DNA from: a virus
Lineage: Duplodnaviria > Caudoviricetes
IMG/VR virus record: IMGVR_UViG_3300035039_000049
Span: 1 to 42,964 of that record
Length of the DNA stretch: 42,964 bases
Reading direction: 5' to 3' (one strand)
In this document: positions 17,098 to 24,474 of the stretch, piece by piece
Layout: each line of letters opens with the position of its first letter
Numbering within the stretch: the stretch's first letter is position 1
Notes under the pieces: generated by a model
Databases searched by the model: none
What the model was told of the DNA's origin: nothing
What the model saw: only the letters and a program-made list of their open reading frames with translations
Made by a program: the position numbers and the translations under genes

Positions 17098-17139
17098 TGT
17101 TCATGCGAGCTTTGCTCGTATAGTTTGTGCATTTTTTGG

Positions 17140-17168
17140 TTGACAATTACATTAAAACGTGGTATTGT
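17140..17168 (+). promoter_or_regulatory. Early sigma70 promoter P2
   Basis: TTGACA-N17-TATTGT with TGn extension. Confidence 0.7.
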
Positions 17169-17236
17169 TTGTTATCGTTCGTTTCCGATTGTTTCAATCG
17201 GGATAATCCAATAACTAAAGGAAAGGAGCTAAAAGG

Positions 17237-17536
17237 ATGCAGACTGGGAAACTAAGTAAACAGGAAATCTTGGTTAGACTAAGACAACTAAACAAACTAG
17301 GCGATAGGTTGCGCTTGAAACTGGGTGCAATCGACTCGGAGGCTAAAGAGTTGCGTAAGCAGTATAAGGAGTTAGATAAACAAGATGCTAGAATTATTAA
17401 ACTAAAGTCAAAAGAAGAAATAAGAAGGAGAAAAAAAGAAAAGGAGCAGACAACCTTAGAGAAACTGAGCCAATTGACAACAGAGGAAATAAATGGACTG
17501 ATAGGTGAACTATCGGCCCTGAGAGGGGAGGGCTAA
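17237..17536 (+). CDS. Hypothetical coiled-coil protein
   Basis: RBS AAGGAG; 99 aa, K/E/L rich. Confidence 0.65.
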   Translation: MQTGKLSKQEILVRLRQLNKLGDRLRLKLGAIDSEAKELRKQYKELDKQDARIIKLKSKEEIRRRKKEKEQTTLEKLSQLTTEEINGLIGELSALRGEG

Positions 17537-17621
17537 ACTATGTTTGAACACCCTAAGTGTCCTACGCTTGGGGTGTTTTGAGATAGTTTAACCTAAATTC
17601 ACGAAGAAAGGAGGTGAAGTT

Positions 17622-17828
17622 ATGAAATACAAACTCATCCAAGAAAAACCTGAGCGCATGAGCCACATTAACATCGAGAATGCTGATGCTGTAGTCAGGG
17701 CAAACCCTGAATACAGATACACTGTCATTATCGAAGCTTGTGACACCCTTTTAAAGGTAGAAGTTGAGCCAGACTACCTTGAGAAACCCAGGATTTACGT
17801 AACTATTGAACCAAAGGAGGAAAAATGA
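17622..17828 (+). CDS. Hypothetical protein
   Basis: AGGAGGTG RBS; 68 aa. Confidence 0.7.
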   Translation: MKYKLIQEKPERMSHINIENADAVVRANPEYRYTVIIEACDTLLKVEVEPDYLEKPRIYVTIEPKEEK

Positions 17829-18028
17829 CGCCTAGACAAACTAAAGCAACTCAGCGGAATTTTGCTATATTCCGCATGAAGGGCTACATTAGTCTACGGT
17901 ATTATCTGGGTGTAGATTACTTACCCTCCATAGCTAAATCCCACTTAGCTAAAGCTATCAGTCATATAGAGGAGGCCATTAAAGCCACCCAGACAGACTA
18001 TCCAGTCACTAAAAAGGAGGAAAAATGA
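17825..18028 (+). CDS. Hypothetical protein
   Basis: AAGGAGG RBS, ATGA overlap; 67 aa. Confidence 0.7.
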   Translation: MTPRQTKATQRNFAIFRMKGYISLRYYLGVDYLPSIAKSHLAKAISHIEEAIKATQTDYPVTKKEEK

Positions 18029-18204
18029 AGACGATTAAACAAGTCCTAATAGAAAGGGATGGGATGGCCTCTGCGGAGGCCGAAAGTCTGATCTGTGAGG
18101 CAAGGGAAGACCTCTATGAACGCCTCACAGATGGCGAAATGCCCTATGACATTTGCGAGGAGTGGTTTGGCTTGGAGCCAGACTATATCATGGACTTGAT
18201 GTAA
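18025..18204 (+). CDS. Small phage hypothetical protein (59 aa), absent from ORF track
   Basis: AAGGAGG RBS, ATGA overlap; MKTIKQVLIERDGMASAEAESLICEAREDLYERLTDGEMPYDICEEWFGLEPDYIMDLM. Confidence 0.8.
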   Translation: MKTIKQVLIERDGMASAEAESLICEAREDLYERLTDGEMPYDICEEWFGLEPDYIMDLM

Positions 18205-18256
18205 TCAAATAGCTCGCAGAAACCAATCTGCGGGCATAGGCAGTAAAGAGGTAACT

Positions 18257-18580
18257 ATGAAAAGTAAAGAAAGAATAGCACTCGAGAAGCTTTTCGATGA
18301 GTTCGCACAAGTAGGACACTGCAACCTATGTTTTGGTAACTTTGCATACAGCAGATGTCCACACATTGGAAAGTATTATATAGAAAAGCACAATCATGCA
18401 TGCGGAGTGTGCATGGAGTTGTTTCCAAAACTTCGCAAATTCCGCAAGTTTTACTACGGGAAGTTTACTTATCTTGGTAGTATTCATGACTTTTCAATTT
18501 GTATGTGCTATTTTTGCCACTCTGACTTCCAAAAGTCTATCAAGAAAGCCTATAGGTATATTAATGGTCACTGGGGGTAA
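18257..18580 (+). CDS. Cys-rich hypothetical protein, paralog A
   Basis: CxxC, HxCxxC and CxCxxC motifs; paralog of the next gene. Confidence 0.75.
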   Translation: MKSKERIALEKLFDEFAQVGHCNLCFGNFAYSRCPHIGKYYIEKHNHACGVCMELFPKLRKFRKFYYGKFTYLGSIHDFSICMCYFCHSDFQKSIKKAYRYINGHWG

Positions 18581-18582
18581 CT

Positions 18583-18945
18583 ATGAAAACTAAAGAAAGA
18601 ATAGCACTTGAAAAGCTCTTTGACAAATTTGCATCAGAATGTAACTGCGAAAATTGCTTAGGTACTTTTGTAAACTACTATAATCTACAAGTAAGTGAGT
18701 ACTATAGAAAAAAGTACAGTCACACATGTGGTGTATGTATGGAGTTATTTCCAAAGTTGCGTACATTTCACTATAGAACGTTTACTTTTAGCAGCTACGT
18801 TTACAGCTACTCAATGTGTATGTGTCATTGGTGTAGTAAAAAGGCTAAAAGGTTTCATGACTTAAGCTTTCGAAAGTCTTATTACTTAGACTTTCAAAAA
18901 GCCACAGAAAAGTCTTACCGTTATATTAATGGTTATTGGAGTTAA
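18583..18945 (+). CDS. Cys-rich hypothetical protein, paralog B
   Basis: Shares MKxKERIALEKLFD, CGVCMELFPKLR and YRYING with paralog A. Confidence 0.75.
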   Translation: MKTKERIALEKLFDKFASECNCENCLGTFVNYYNLQVSEYYRKKYSHTCGVCMELFPKLRTFHYRTFTFSSYVYSYSMCMCHWCSKKAKRFHDLSFRKSYYLDFQKATEKSYRYINGYWS

Positions 18946-18969
18946 AAACTTACAGAGGAGGCAAAACTA

Positions 18970-19185
18970 ATGAAAATCGAGGTAGAGAAAGTAAAGTCAA
19001 TCGAAGTACTGCAGGAGCCGTATGGCTTTACACTAAATCTTACCATCAAGGCAGGGGAAATCACTTTTCCAGCCATGCTGGTGATAGGTACAGATAATAC
19101 AGCCGAGGGTTTCATGTTAGCACATGAAATCTATGTAAATTTCATCAGAAAATTCACGGAGGTGAAAAATGAAGAAAGTGTTTGA
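18970..19185 (+). CDS. Hypothetical protein
   Basis: GAGGAGG RBS; 71 aa. Confidence 0.65.
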   Translation: MKIEVEKVKSIEVLQEPYGFTLNLTIKAGEITFPAMLVIGTDNTAEGFMLAHEIYVNFIRKFTEVKNEESV

Positions 19186-19375
19186 GGCTAAAGCAGAGGT
19201 TAACGAAGAAGGGACTTACGTAGAATGCTACAACACTGGGTGTACTAAAGAAGCGGCACAAGTTATAATAGTATTCTTGGTAGGTAGATTCGGGGATGAC
19301 ATCATAGACGGAGCGTTGGACTATGCTCAACAGATGGTACAGATAGCAAAGCAACGAGAATCACAGATGAACTAA
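19169..19375 (+). CDS. Hypothetical protein
   Basis: GGAGGTG RBS; 68 aa. Confidence 0.65.
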   Translation: MKKVFEAKAEVNEEGTYVECYNTGCTKEAAQVIIVFLVGRFGDDIIDGALDYAQQMVQIAKQRESQMN

Positions 19376-19396
19376 GTATAATGATTATACGTAGTT
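19370..19396. promoter_or_regulatory. 27-bp palindromic site, copy 7
   Basis: AACTAAG-TATAATGATTATA-CGTAGTT; ~14 bp upstream of the P3 -35 box. Confidence 0.85.
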
Positions 19397-19410
19397 TAAG
19401 TAAATGTACA

Positions 19411-19438
19411 TTGACATTATTACCCAACGTGATACAAT
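19411..19438 (+). promoter_or_regulatory. Sigma70 promoter P3 embedded in a ~21-bp inverted repeat
   Basis: TTGACA-N16-TACAAT with TGn extension. Confidence 0.7.
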
Positions 19439-19514
19439 AAATCCATAATCACGTTGGGTAAATGTCAACAACAAAGTCAATTTATTAACTAACCAAAAGA
19501 GAAAGGACACAAAG

Positions 19515-19898
19515 ATGGAAAAGAAACTAATCAGCGCCACTTACAAACCTGGAACTCCCGAAGAAAAAAAGGCAGAGGTAGAAATTGAGTGGGGTGAGAC
19601 CACCGAAGAAAGTGCAAAAGCCTATGGAGATGGGGTTGTTAACTCTAATTCTTTTGCGAATATTAGAGTGATAGTCCAAAGTGGAATCCGCAGAGCCCTC
19701 GCAGCTGGTAAAACCCCAGAAGAGATCAAATCTCTGTTCAAAAACTGGAAACCTGGCACGGTTTCAATCAAAGGCGATCCAATGGCTTCTGCGATGCAGA
19801 AGTTTAACACGATGACTAAGGACGAACAGAAGAAGTACATCGAGGAGTTGCGCAAACTGGCCGCAGGTAAAGCTATGGAAACAGGCGCAAACAAATAA
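19515..19898 (+). CDS. Hypothetical protein (monocistronic, possibly abundant DNA-binding protein)
   Basis: Own promoter and terminator; 127 aa. Confidence 0.75.
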   Translation: MEKKLISATYKPGTPEEKKAEVEIEWGETTEESAKAYGDGVVNSNSFANIRVIVQSGIRRALAAGKTPEEIKSLFKNWKPGTVSIKGDPMASAMQKFNTMTKDEQKKYIEELRKLAAGKAMETGANK

Positions 19899-19926
19899 CA
19901 TTTTCGGGCAGTCTTGCTATGCAGGC

Positions 19927-19962
19927 AAATCCCTCTCGGTAAGTGAGCCGAGAGGGATTTTT
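19927..19962 (+). terminator. Intrinsic terminator
   Basis: AAATCCCTCTCGG-loop-CCGAGAGGGATTT followed by TT. Confidence 0.85.
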
Positions 19963-20000
19963 AAAACTATAAATTGTACGAAAAAGTAATAAGGGATACA

Positions 20001-20834
20001 ATGAGAACTGGGATTCAACTCTGTTACCCATTCGAGGAGAAGAGACTAAGACTCTGGCAGCCTCCCTATATAGTCCAACCAAAACTGGATGGCTACAGAT
20101 GCAGGGCACTCCAGTTGCCAAACGGTAACTACTGTCTCCTCTCCAGTGAAGAAAACTTCATCCACTCCTGCCCTCACATTCTAGAAGAATTGAATAGGGT
20201 GTTCCCGCCAGATGAACGTCAGGAGTTGGATGGCGAACTTTACATCCACAACTCGTCATTCGAGTGCATTGAGAGTATAGTCGGCAGGACAGTGAACCTA
20301 CATCCTGACCACAAAAAGGTAATTTTTAACCTCTTCGACCTACCTCATGCAATGCCCCAGATTAAGAGAATAATTGAGTTGGCCAAGTTAGAGGACAGAC
20401 TACAAAGGTACGTAAAAGTAGTACCTTATTACTTGGCTCAAACTCTAAGTGATGTCATGGAGATTTATGACTCTCTAGTAGGGCAAAACTATGAGGGCAT
20501 AATAGTTAGAGAACTAAACGCTCCTTACATTAGGCGTCGAAGTACGTTTGTTATGAAGTTTAAACCGAAGTCTACTGACGAGTACAAAATTATAGGTTTC
20601 AAACAGGAGGTTTCGGTAACTGGAGAACCAAAAGATTCTCTCGGCGCCTTTGTTTGTCTGAAGGATGGCCAAGAGTTCTCCGTTGGCAGTGGTTTGAAAG
20701 GCAGTGAAAGAAGGGAAATGTGGAAGTTTAGGCATGAGCTGATAGGCAAAACTGTAGTCATAGGCTATCAGCACACAACTAAGAGGGGGTTGCCTCGGTT
20801 TCCTATATTTATGGAGGTGAAAAGTGAAAGATAA
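20001..20834 (+). CDS. ATP-dependent DNA ligase
   Basis: Motif I QPKLDGYR, III LDGELY, IIIa FNLFDL, IV YEGIIVR, V MKFKP, VI LPRFPIF. Confidence 0.93.
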   Translation: MRTGIQLCYPFEEKRLRLWQPPYIVQPKLDGYRCRALQLPNGNYCLLSSEENFIHSCPHILEELNRVFPPDERQELDGELYIHNSSFECIESIVGRTVNLHPDHKKVIFNLFDLPHAMPQIKRIIELAKLEDRLQRYVKVVPYYLAQTLSDVMEIYDSLVGQNYEGIIVRELNAPYIRRRSTFVMKFKPKSTDEYKIIGFKQEVSVTGEPKDSLGAFVCLKDGQEFSVGSGLKGSERREMWKFRHELIGKTVVIGYQHTTKRGLPRFPIFMEVKSER

Positions 20835-21003
20835 ACCAAGAAGGCAACAGTGTACTTACTGTGGAGGTTGGGTAGAGGAACTACACGACGGACTGTGCGA
20901 GGAGTGTTATGCTCAACTGTGCAAGGAAAACAACTGGTATCTCCGAAAGGAGGCAACTATAACTGAAACCCACCACAGGTGTGGGTGGGAGTACGGGCAG
21001 TAA
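20824..21003 (+). CDS. Small zinc-finger-like protein (59 aa), absent from ORF track
   Basis: GGAGG RBS plus GTG; MKDKPRRQQCTYCGGWVEELHDGLCEECYAQL... Confidence 0.6.
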   Translation: MKDKPRRQQCTYCGGWVEELHDGLCEECYAQLCKENNWYLRKEATITETHHRCGWEYGQ

Positions 21004-21020
21004 GAAAAGGGGGTGATAAC

Positions 21021-21335
21021 TTGACTGTCTACGTTGTGAATAAAAGTGGGCACTCTTATAAGAGTGCTGAGAGGTACGGCAAACTGGAATACTTAACGGA
21101 GGGTTATGTTAACAAGTTTAATGTAAACTCTATTTGGCGACAGATGGAGAAAAAACTTAAACACTCAACTCCAGGTGATTACCTGCTACCCTGTTCGCTT
21201 GGGGTTTCTAACATGATTGCAGGAGCAGTGTTCGCTTGTAAGCACGGCGTACTTAACCTGTTGGTCTATCAGCATGGAAAGTATGTGGAAAGAAACTTAA
21301 AAATAGAAAGGAAAAACCGAAATGGAGACAAATGA
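21021..21335 (+). CDS. Phage hypothetical protein
   Basis: TTG start after GGGGTG; TVYVVNKSGHSYKSAERYGKL...DYLL. Confidence 0.7.
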   Translation: MTVYVVNKSGHSYKSAERYGKLEYLTEGYVNKFNVNSIWRQMEKKLKHSTPGDYLLPCSLGVSNMIAGAVFACKHGVLNLLVYQHGKYVERNLKIERKNRNGDK

Positions 21336-21654
21336 AAGAGAAATGCTTGAGCTTGCTGCTGATGCTATAACCCTGATGGCTAAGGCCAAAATACTCAGTG
21401 AACTACTTCCAGATGATGTTAGTGAGGGAGATTGTGAGTTTACCATTAGAACAACCCAAAAGTTCAAAAAAGTCCTGGACGATCTCAGTGCTGATATACT
21501 TGAGGGTGGGGTAACTGAAGAAGGAACTAATATCTTACTTCTCGATTTAATAAGAAGAGGCATAGGACACATGGCAAAAACTATGAGTCTTGAAGATGAG
21601 ATAGAAACAGCTAAAGCCAGAATCAGATCCGTCTTACAGACAAAAGAAGTGTAA
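21322..21654 (+). CDS. Hypothetical protein
   Basis: 110 aa; AAGGA RBS. Confidence 0.65.
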   Translation: METNEREMLELAADAITLMAKAKILSELLPDDVSEGDCEFTIRTTQKFKKVLDDLSADILEGGVTEEGTNILLLDLIRRGIGHMAKTMSLEDEIETAKARIRSVLQTKEV

Positions 21655-21662
21655 AACCGGAG

Positions 21663-21699
21663 AGAGACAGCAATACTCCAACTTAGTATTGCTGTCTCT
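21663..21699. other. Perfect 15-bp stem-loop (no U-tract)
   Basis: AGAGACAGCAATACT-ccaactt-AGTATTGCTGTCTCT, intergenic. Confidence 0.7.
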
Positions 21700-21722
21700 A
21701 AAATAGTTAGAAAGGAACTAAA

Positions 21723-22706
21723 ATGAATTTTGAGGGTAACTACCCAATCTCGTTCCACGATAGTTGGAACATCCTAGACTCAACAAAGCTAAGCGCTTTC
21801 GCAGAATGTCCCAGGATGTTTTTCTACAACTATCTACTCGGATGGGACAGTGAGACTAAGTCCCAAGACTTAGTATTCGGCGAAGCGTGGCACTGCGCTA
21901 TGGAACATCTCCTGCTTAACGGCTACGGGGATGTCCAAGGGGCATACGAAAAGTTCACAGAGTGCTACAGAAAAGACTTTGATCCGTCAACTGATGAGCT
22001 TTTTCAGAAGAAAAACCCAGAGAGTGCTCTCATAGCGTTGGCAGAATACAGTGGTTACTACTCTGCTGACTTACGGCAGAATGAACTACTATACACAGAG
22101 ATTAGTGGGAGCGTCCCTATCTCAGAAAAAGACTCACTCCACTTCAGGATGGACTCTGTACTTAAGGACTCACAAGGTAGAATTTTCTCGTGGGATCATA
22201 AGACAACAGGAATAAACTTCAGCGGATTCTTTGGGAAGAAGTGGGAGGATGAATTCTTTCTATCAATCCAAAACGGGACTTACACTCACTGCCTTTACTG
22301 CCTTTACGATCCATCATTAGTTAGGGGAGTAGAGTTTAATGGTGTAAGTTTCCAATACACTAAAAGGGGAGGCCCTAAAATAGACTTTAGGCGAATCCCA
22401 GCTTGGAAATCCCCAGAACAGATGAACATCTGGTTGTGGAATACTTGTGACTTAGTCTCAATGCTGAAGTTTGAGATGGAAAGACTTCAGGCCTGCAAGT
22501 CTGATGACCCAGTTATGATGGCCTTTCCTATAAGGCCTGGAAGATGCACAAAATACAGAGGTTGTCCCTACCACAATTTCTGCATGAGTTGGCCTAACCC
22601 ACTCAGGAAATGTGAGGAGCCTCCACTAGGATTTGCCACGAGGTTTTGGGATCCTAGGGAGATAGAAACTACTAACAAAATGAACTTGGAGGGAATCAAC
22701 TTTTGA
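21723..22706 (+). CDS. PD-(D/E)XK exonuclease (Cas4/RecB-like)
   Basis: ECPR, GEAWH, RMD...WDHKT, Q..TY, C-terminal CTKYRGCPYHNFC Fe-S-type cysteines. Confidence 0.88.
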   Translation: MNFEGNYPISFHDSWNILDSTKLSAFAECPRMFFYNYLLGWDSETKSQDLVFGEAWHCAMEHLLLNGYGDVQGAYEKFTECYRKDFDPSTDELFQKKNPESALIALAEYSGYYSADLRQNELLYTEISGSVPISEKDSLHFRMDSVLKDSQGRIFSWDHKTTGINFSGFFGKKWEDEFFLSIQNGTYTHCLYCLYDPSLVRGVEFNGVSFQYTKRGGPKIDFRRIPAWKSPEQMNIWLWNTCDLVSMLKFEMERLQACKSDDPVMMAFPIRPGRCTKYRGCPYHNFCMSWPNPLRKCEEPPLGFATRFWDPREIETTNKMNLEGINF

Positions 22707-22780
22707 TATTTCTAGAAATAACCTACGTTTGCCTACTGATACTGGCAATCAGTTTCATAGGCTGGCTAATTGGGCACTAG
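22703..22780 (+). CDS. Putative 25-aa membrane peptide
   Basis: GGAGG RBS, TTGA overlap; MIFLEITYVCLLILAISFIGWLIGH. Confidence 0.45.
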   Translation: MIFLEITYVCLLILAISFIGWLIGH

Positions 22781-22795
22781 TAAGGAGAGTAACTT

Positions 22796-23590
22796 ATGGC
22801 ACTAGACATAAAAACAGAGATAGGTAATATAAAGAACTTCTATGCAGAAGATCCACGTCAATCCACTTTCAACCTCCTCTTACTGGGCGAGAGTGGGACG
22901 GGCAAAACTTTCGCTTCCCGCACTTGCCGCCGACCAGTTCACATTGACTCCTTTGATCCAGGAGGTACAAAGTGTGTAAGGGAATACATCGAGAAAGGCG
23001 ACATAGTCGCAGACACGCAGTGGGAAAGCGAGGAACCTCTAACTCCCACAGAGTTTAGTAGGTGGAAGAACACCTTTAAACAACGTAAAGATGGTGGTTA
23101 CTTTAACCACTTCGGAACCTACATTCTCGATTCAGCGACTACGTGGAGCGAGGCGATTATGAACTATATCTTAAAGAAGAGTGGGTTAGCAGGTGAAGCT
23201 CCTCGATTTACTAAAGACTATACCCCACAGAAAATTGCTATTAGAAATCACATCTATAGTATGCTCTCCCTGCCTTGTGACTTCATTTTGACAGGGCATC
23301 TAAAGCTCGTAGAGGATCCTGACAAAGGTTCTATTTTCAGGTTTATGACCACTGGGCAGGGTGCAGTTACAATCCCTCTACTTTTCGACGAGATTTATAT
23401 AGCCACAGCAAAGGGAAAAGCAGATAGAACAAACTATTCATTCCTAACTCAAAGCACTGAGCTTTATATGGCTCGCAGTAGGTTGGCTGGAGAGGGGAAG
23501 CTGAGTAAATACGAAGATCCTGACATCAAGAAGATACTAAAAAAGGCGGGTTTACCAACTAAAGACAAACCTAAGTTGGAGGATTTATGA
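22796..23590 (+). CDS. AAA_24 / Sak4-like recombination ATPase
   Basis: Walker A GESGTGKT, YILDSAT, ILTGH, LFDEI; next to the exonuclease and SSB-like gene. Confidence 0.82.
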   Translation: MALDIKTEIGNIKNFYAEDPRQSTFNLLLLGESGTGKTFASRTCRRPVHIDSFDPGGTKCVREYIEKGDIVADTQWESEEPLTPTEFSRWKNTFKQRKDGGYFNHFGTYILDSATTWSEAIMNYILKKSGLAGEAPRFTKDYTPQKIAIRNHIYSMLSLPCDFILTGHLKLVEDPDKGSIFRFMTTGQGAVTIPLLFDEIYIATAKGKADRTNYSFLTQSTELYMARSRLAGEGKLSKYEDPDIKKILKKAGLPTKDKPKLEDL

Positions 23591-23982
23591 TAGATTGGTT
23601 TGAAAAACTACAGGAATACAACACTTCGAAGAAGACTAAATTCAAGAAGGTTAGTGAACTACTCCAATCCCTTTATGAAGACCATGGAAGTTATGCTGAA
23701 ATAGGGAGAATTCTTGGAGTGTCTAATAGATCAGTCGCTTTAAAAATGACTAAGTTAAAAATACTTCCCACTGGCAGGCTTGCAGTGAGTCATATTACAA
23801 AACTTACTGCTGATGAGATGGAGGATGTCCTGGAGTGTGGGATAGCTTACTCAATAGACAAGCATAACATATCTTTTAACCGTGTGAAGAGGTTGAAGGG
23901 AGGTGATATAAGAAGATTTGATTTTGTTAGTAGTAAGGAATACGAGAAATTTAAACACTTTAATAACTTAAAAGAGGAGTAA
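23587..23982 (+). CDS. HTH-domain protein
   Basis: SYAEIGRILGVSNRSVALKM. Confidence 0.6.
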   Translation: MIDWFEKLQEYNTSKKTKFKKVSELLQSLYEDHGSYAEIGRILGVSNRSVALKMTKLKILPTGRLAVSHITKLTADEMEDVLECGIAYSIDKHNISFNRVKRLKGGDIRRFDFVSSKEYEKFKHFNNLKEE

Positions 23983-23989
23983 ACTAACT

Positions 23990-24400
23990 ATGTCGTTAAT
24001 AGATTTAACCCACGAAGGATTGGATGAGAGTGTAGAACCCACAGTAATGGACGCTGGGAGCGAAGTCGAGTTGATGATTACCAGCTGTCGAGTAGACTCA
24101 ACTGAAAAAGGCGATGGCGAAGGAAAATACCTTCTTCCGATGTTTGAAGTTGTCGGTGAACCTTATGTAAAGGAATTCTCACATTTTATGTGGCTGCCGG
24201 ACAAAGAGATGTCACCGAAGAAATTGAACAAAGCTAAGAATGACTTAGAGAAATTCTTTAGGGCATTCGACTTCGATTATTCAAGACCTTTTGACCCTGA
24301 AGATGATCTGCCAGGGTGTAAGGGATGGGCTATTCTCGGTGTTCGCAGTGATGACTTCGGCGAGCAGAACACTGTGCGACAATTTGTACTTCCCAAATAA
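23990..24400 (+). CDS. Putative single-stranded DNA-binding protein (DUF669-like)
   Basis: Acidic, beta-rich, ends EQNTVRQF; in the Sak4-like module. Confidence 0.6.
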   Translation: MSLIDLTHEGLDESVEPTVMDAGSEVELMITSCRVDSTEKGDGEGKYLLPMFEVVGEPYVKEFSHFMWLPDKEMSPKKLNKAKNDLEKFFRAFDFDYSRPFDPEDDLPGCKGWAILGVRSDDFGEQNTVRQFVLPK

Positions 24401-24425
24401 CTCAATATAATCATTACACAAAGTT
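24399..24425. promoter_or_regulatory. 27-bp palindromic site, copy 8
   Basis: AACTCAA-TATAATCATTACA-CAAAGTT; begins in the SSB stop codon. Confidence 0.85.
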
Positions 24426-24430
24426 GAATT

Positions 24431-24459
24431 GGATGCCCCTTTGTGGGCATCCTCTTCTT
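24431..24459 (+). terminator. Possible weak terminator upstream of sqdB-like gene
   Basis: GGATGCCC-loop-GGGCATCC followed by TCTTCTT. Confidence 0.55.
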
Positions 24460-24474
24460 AAAGGAGGTTTAGAG

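Noticed and set aside
18257-18945. Paralog pair as a DGR template/variable repeat
   Set aside because: No reverse transcriptase; differences are not adenine-specific and include indels; both copies are intact genes
21723-22706. Cas4-like gene as a CRISPR-Cas component
   Set aside because: No other cas genes or array; its context is the usual exonuclease-Sak4-SSB recombination module
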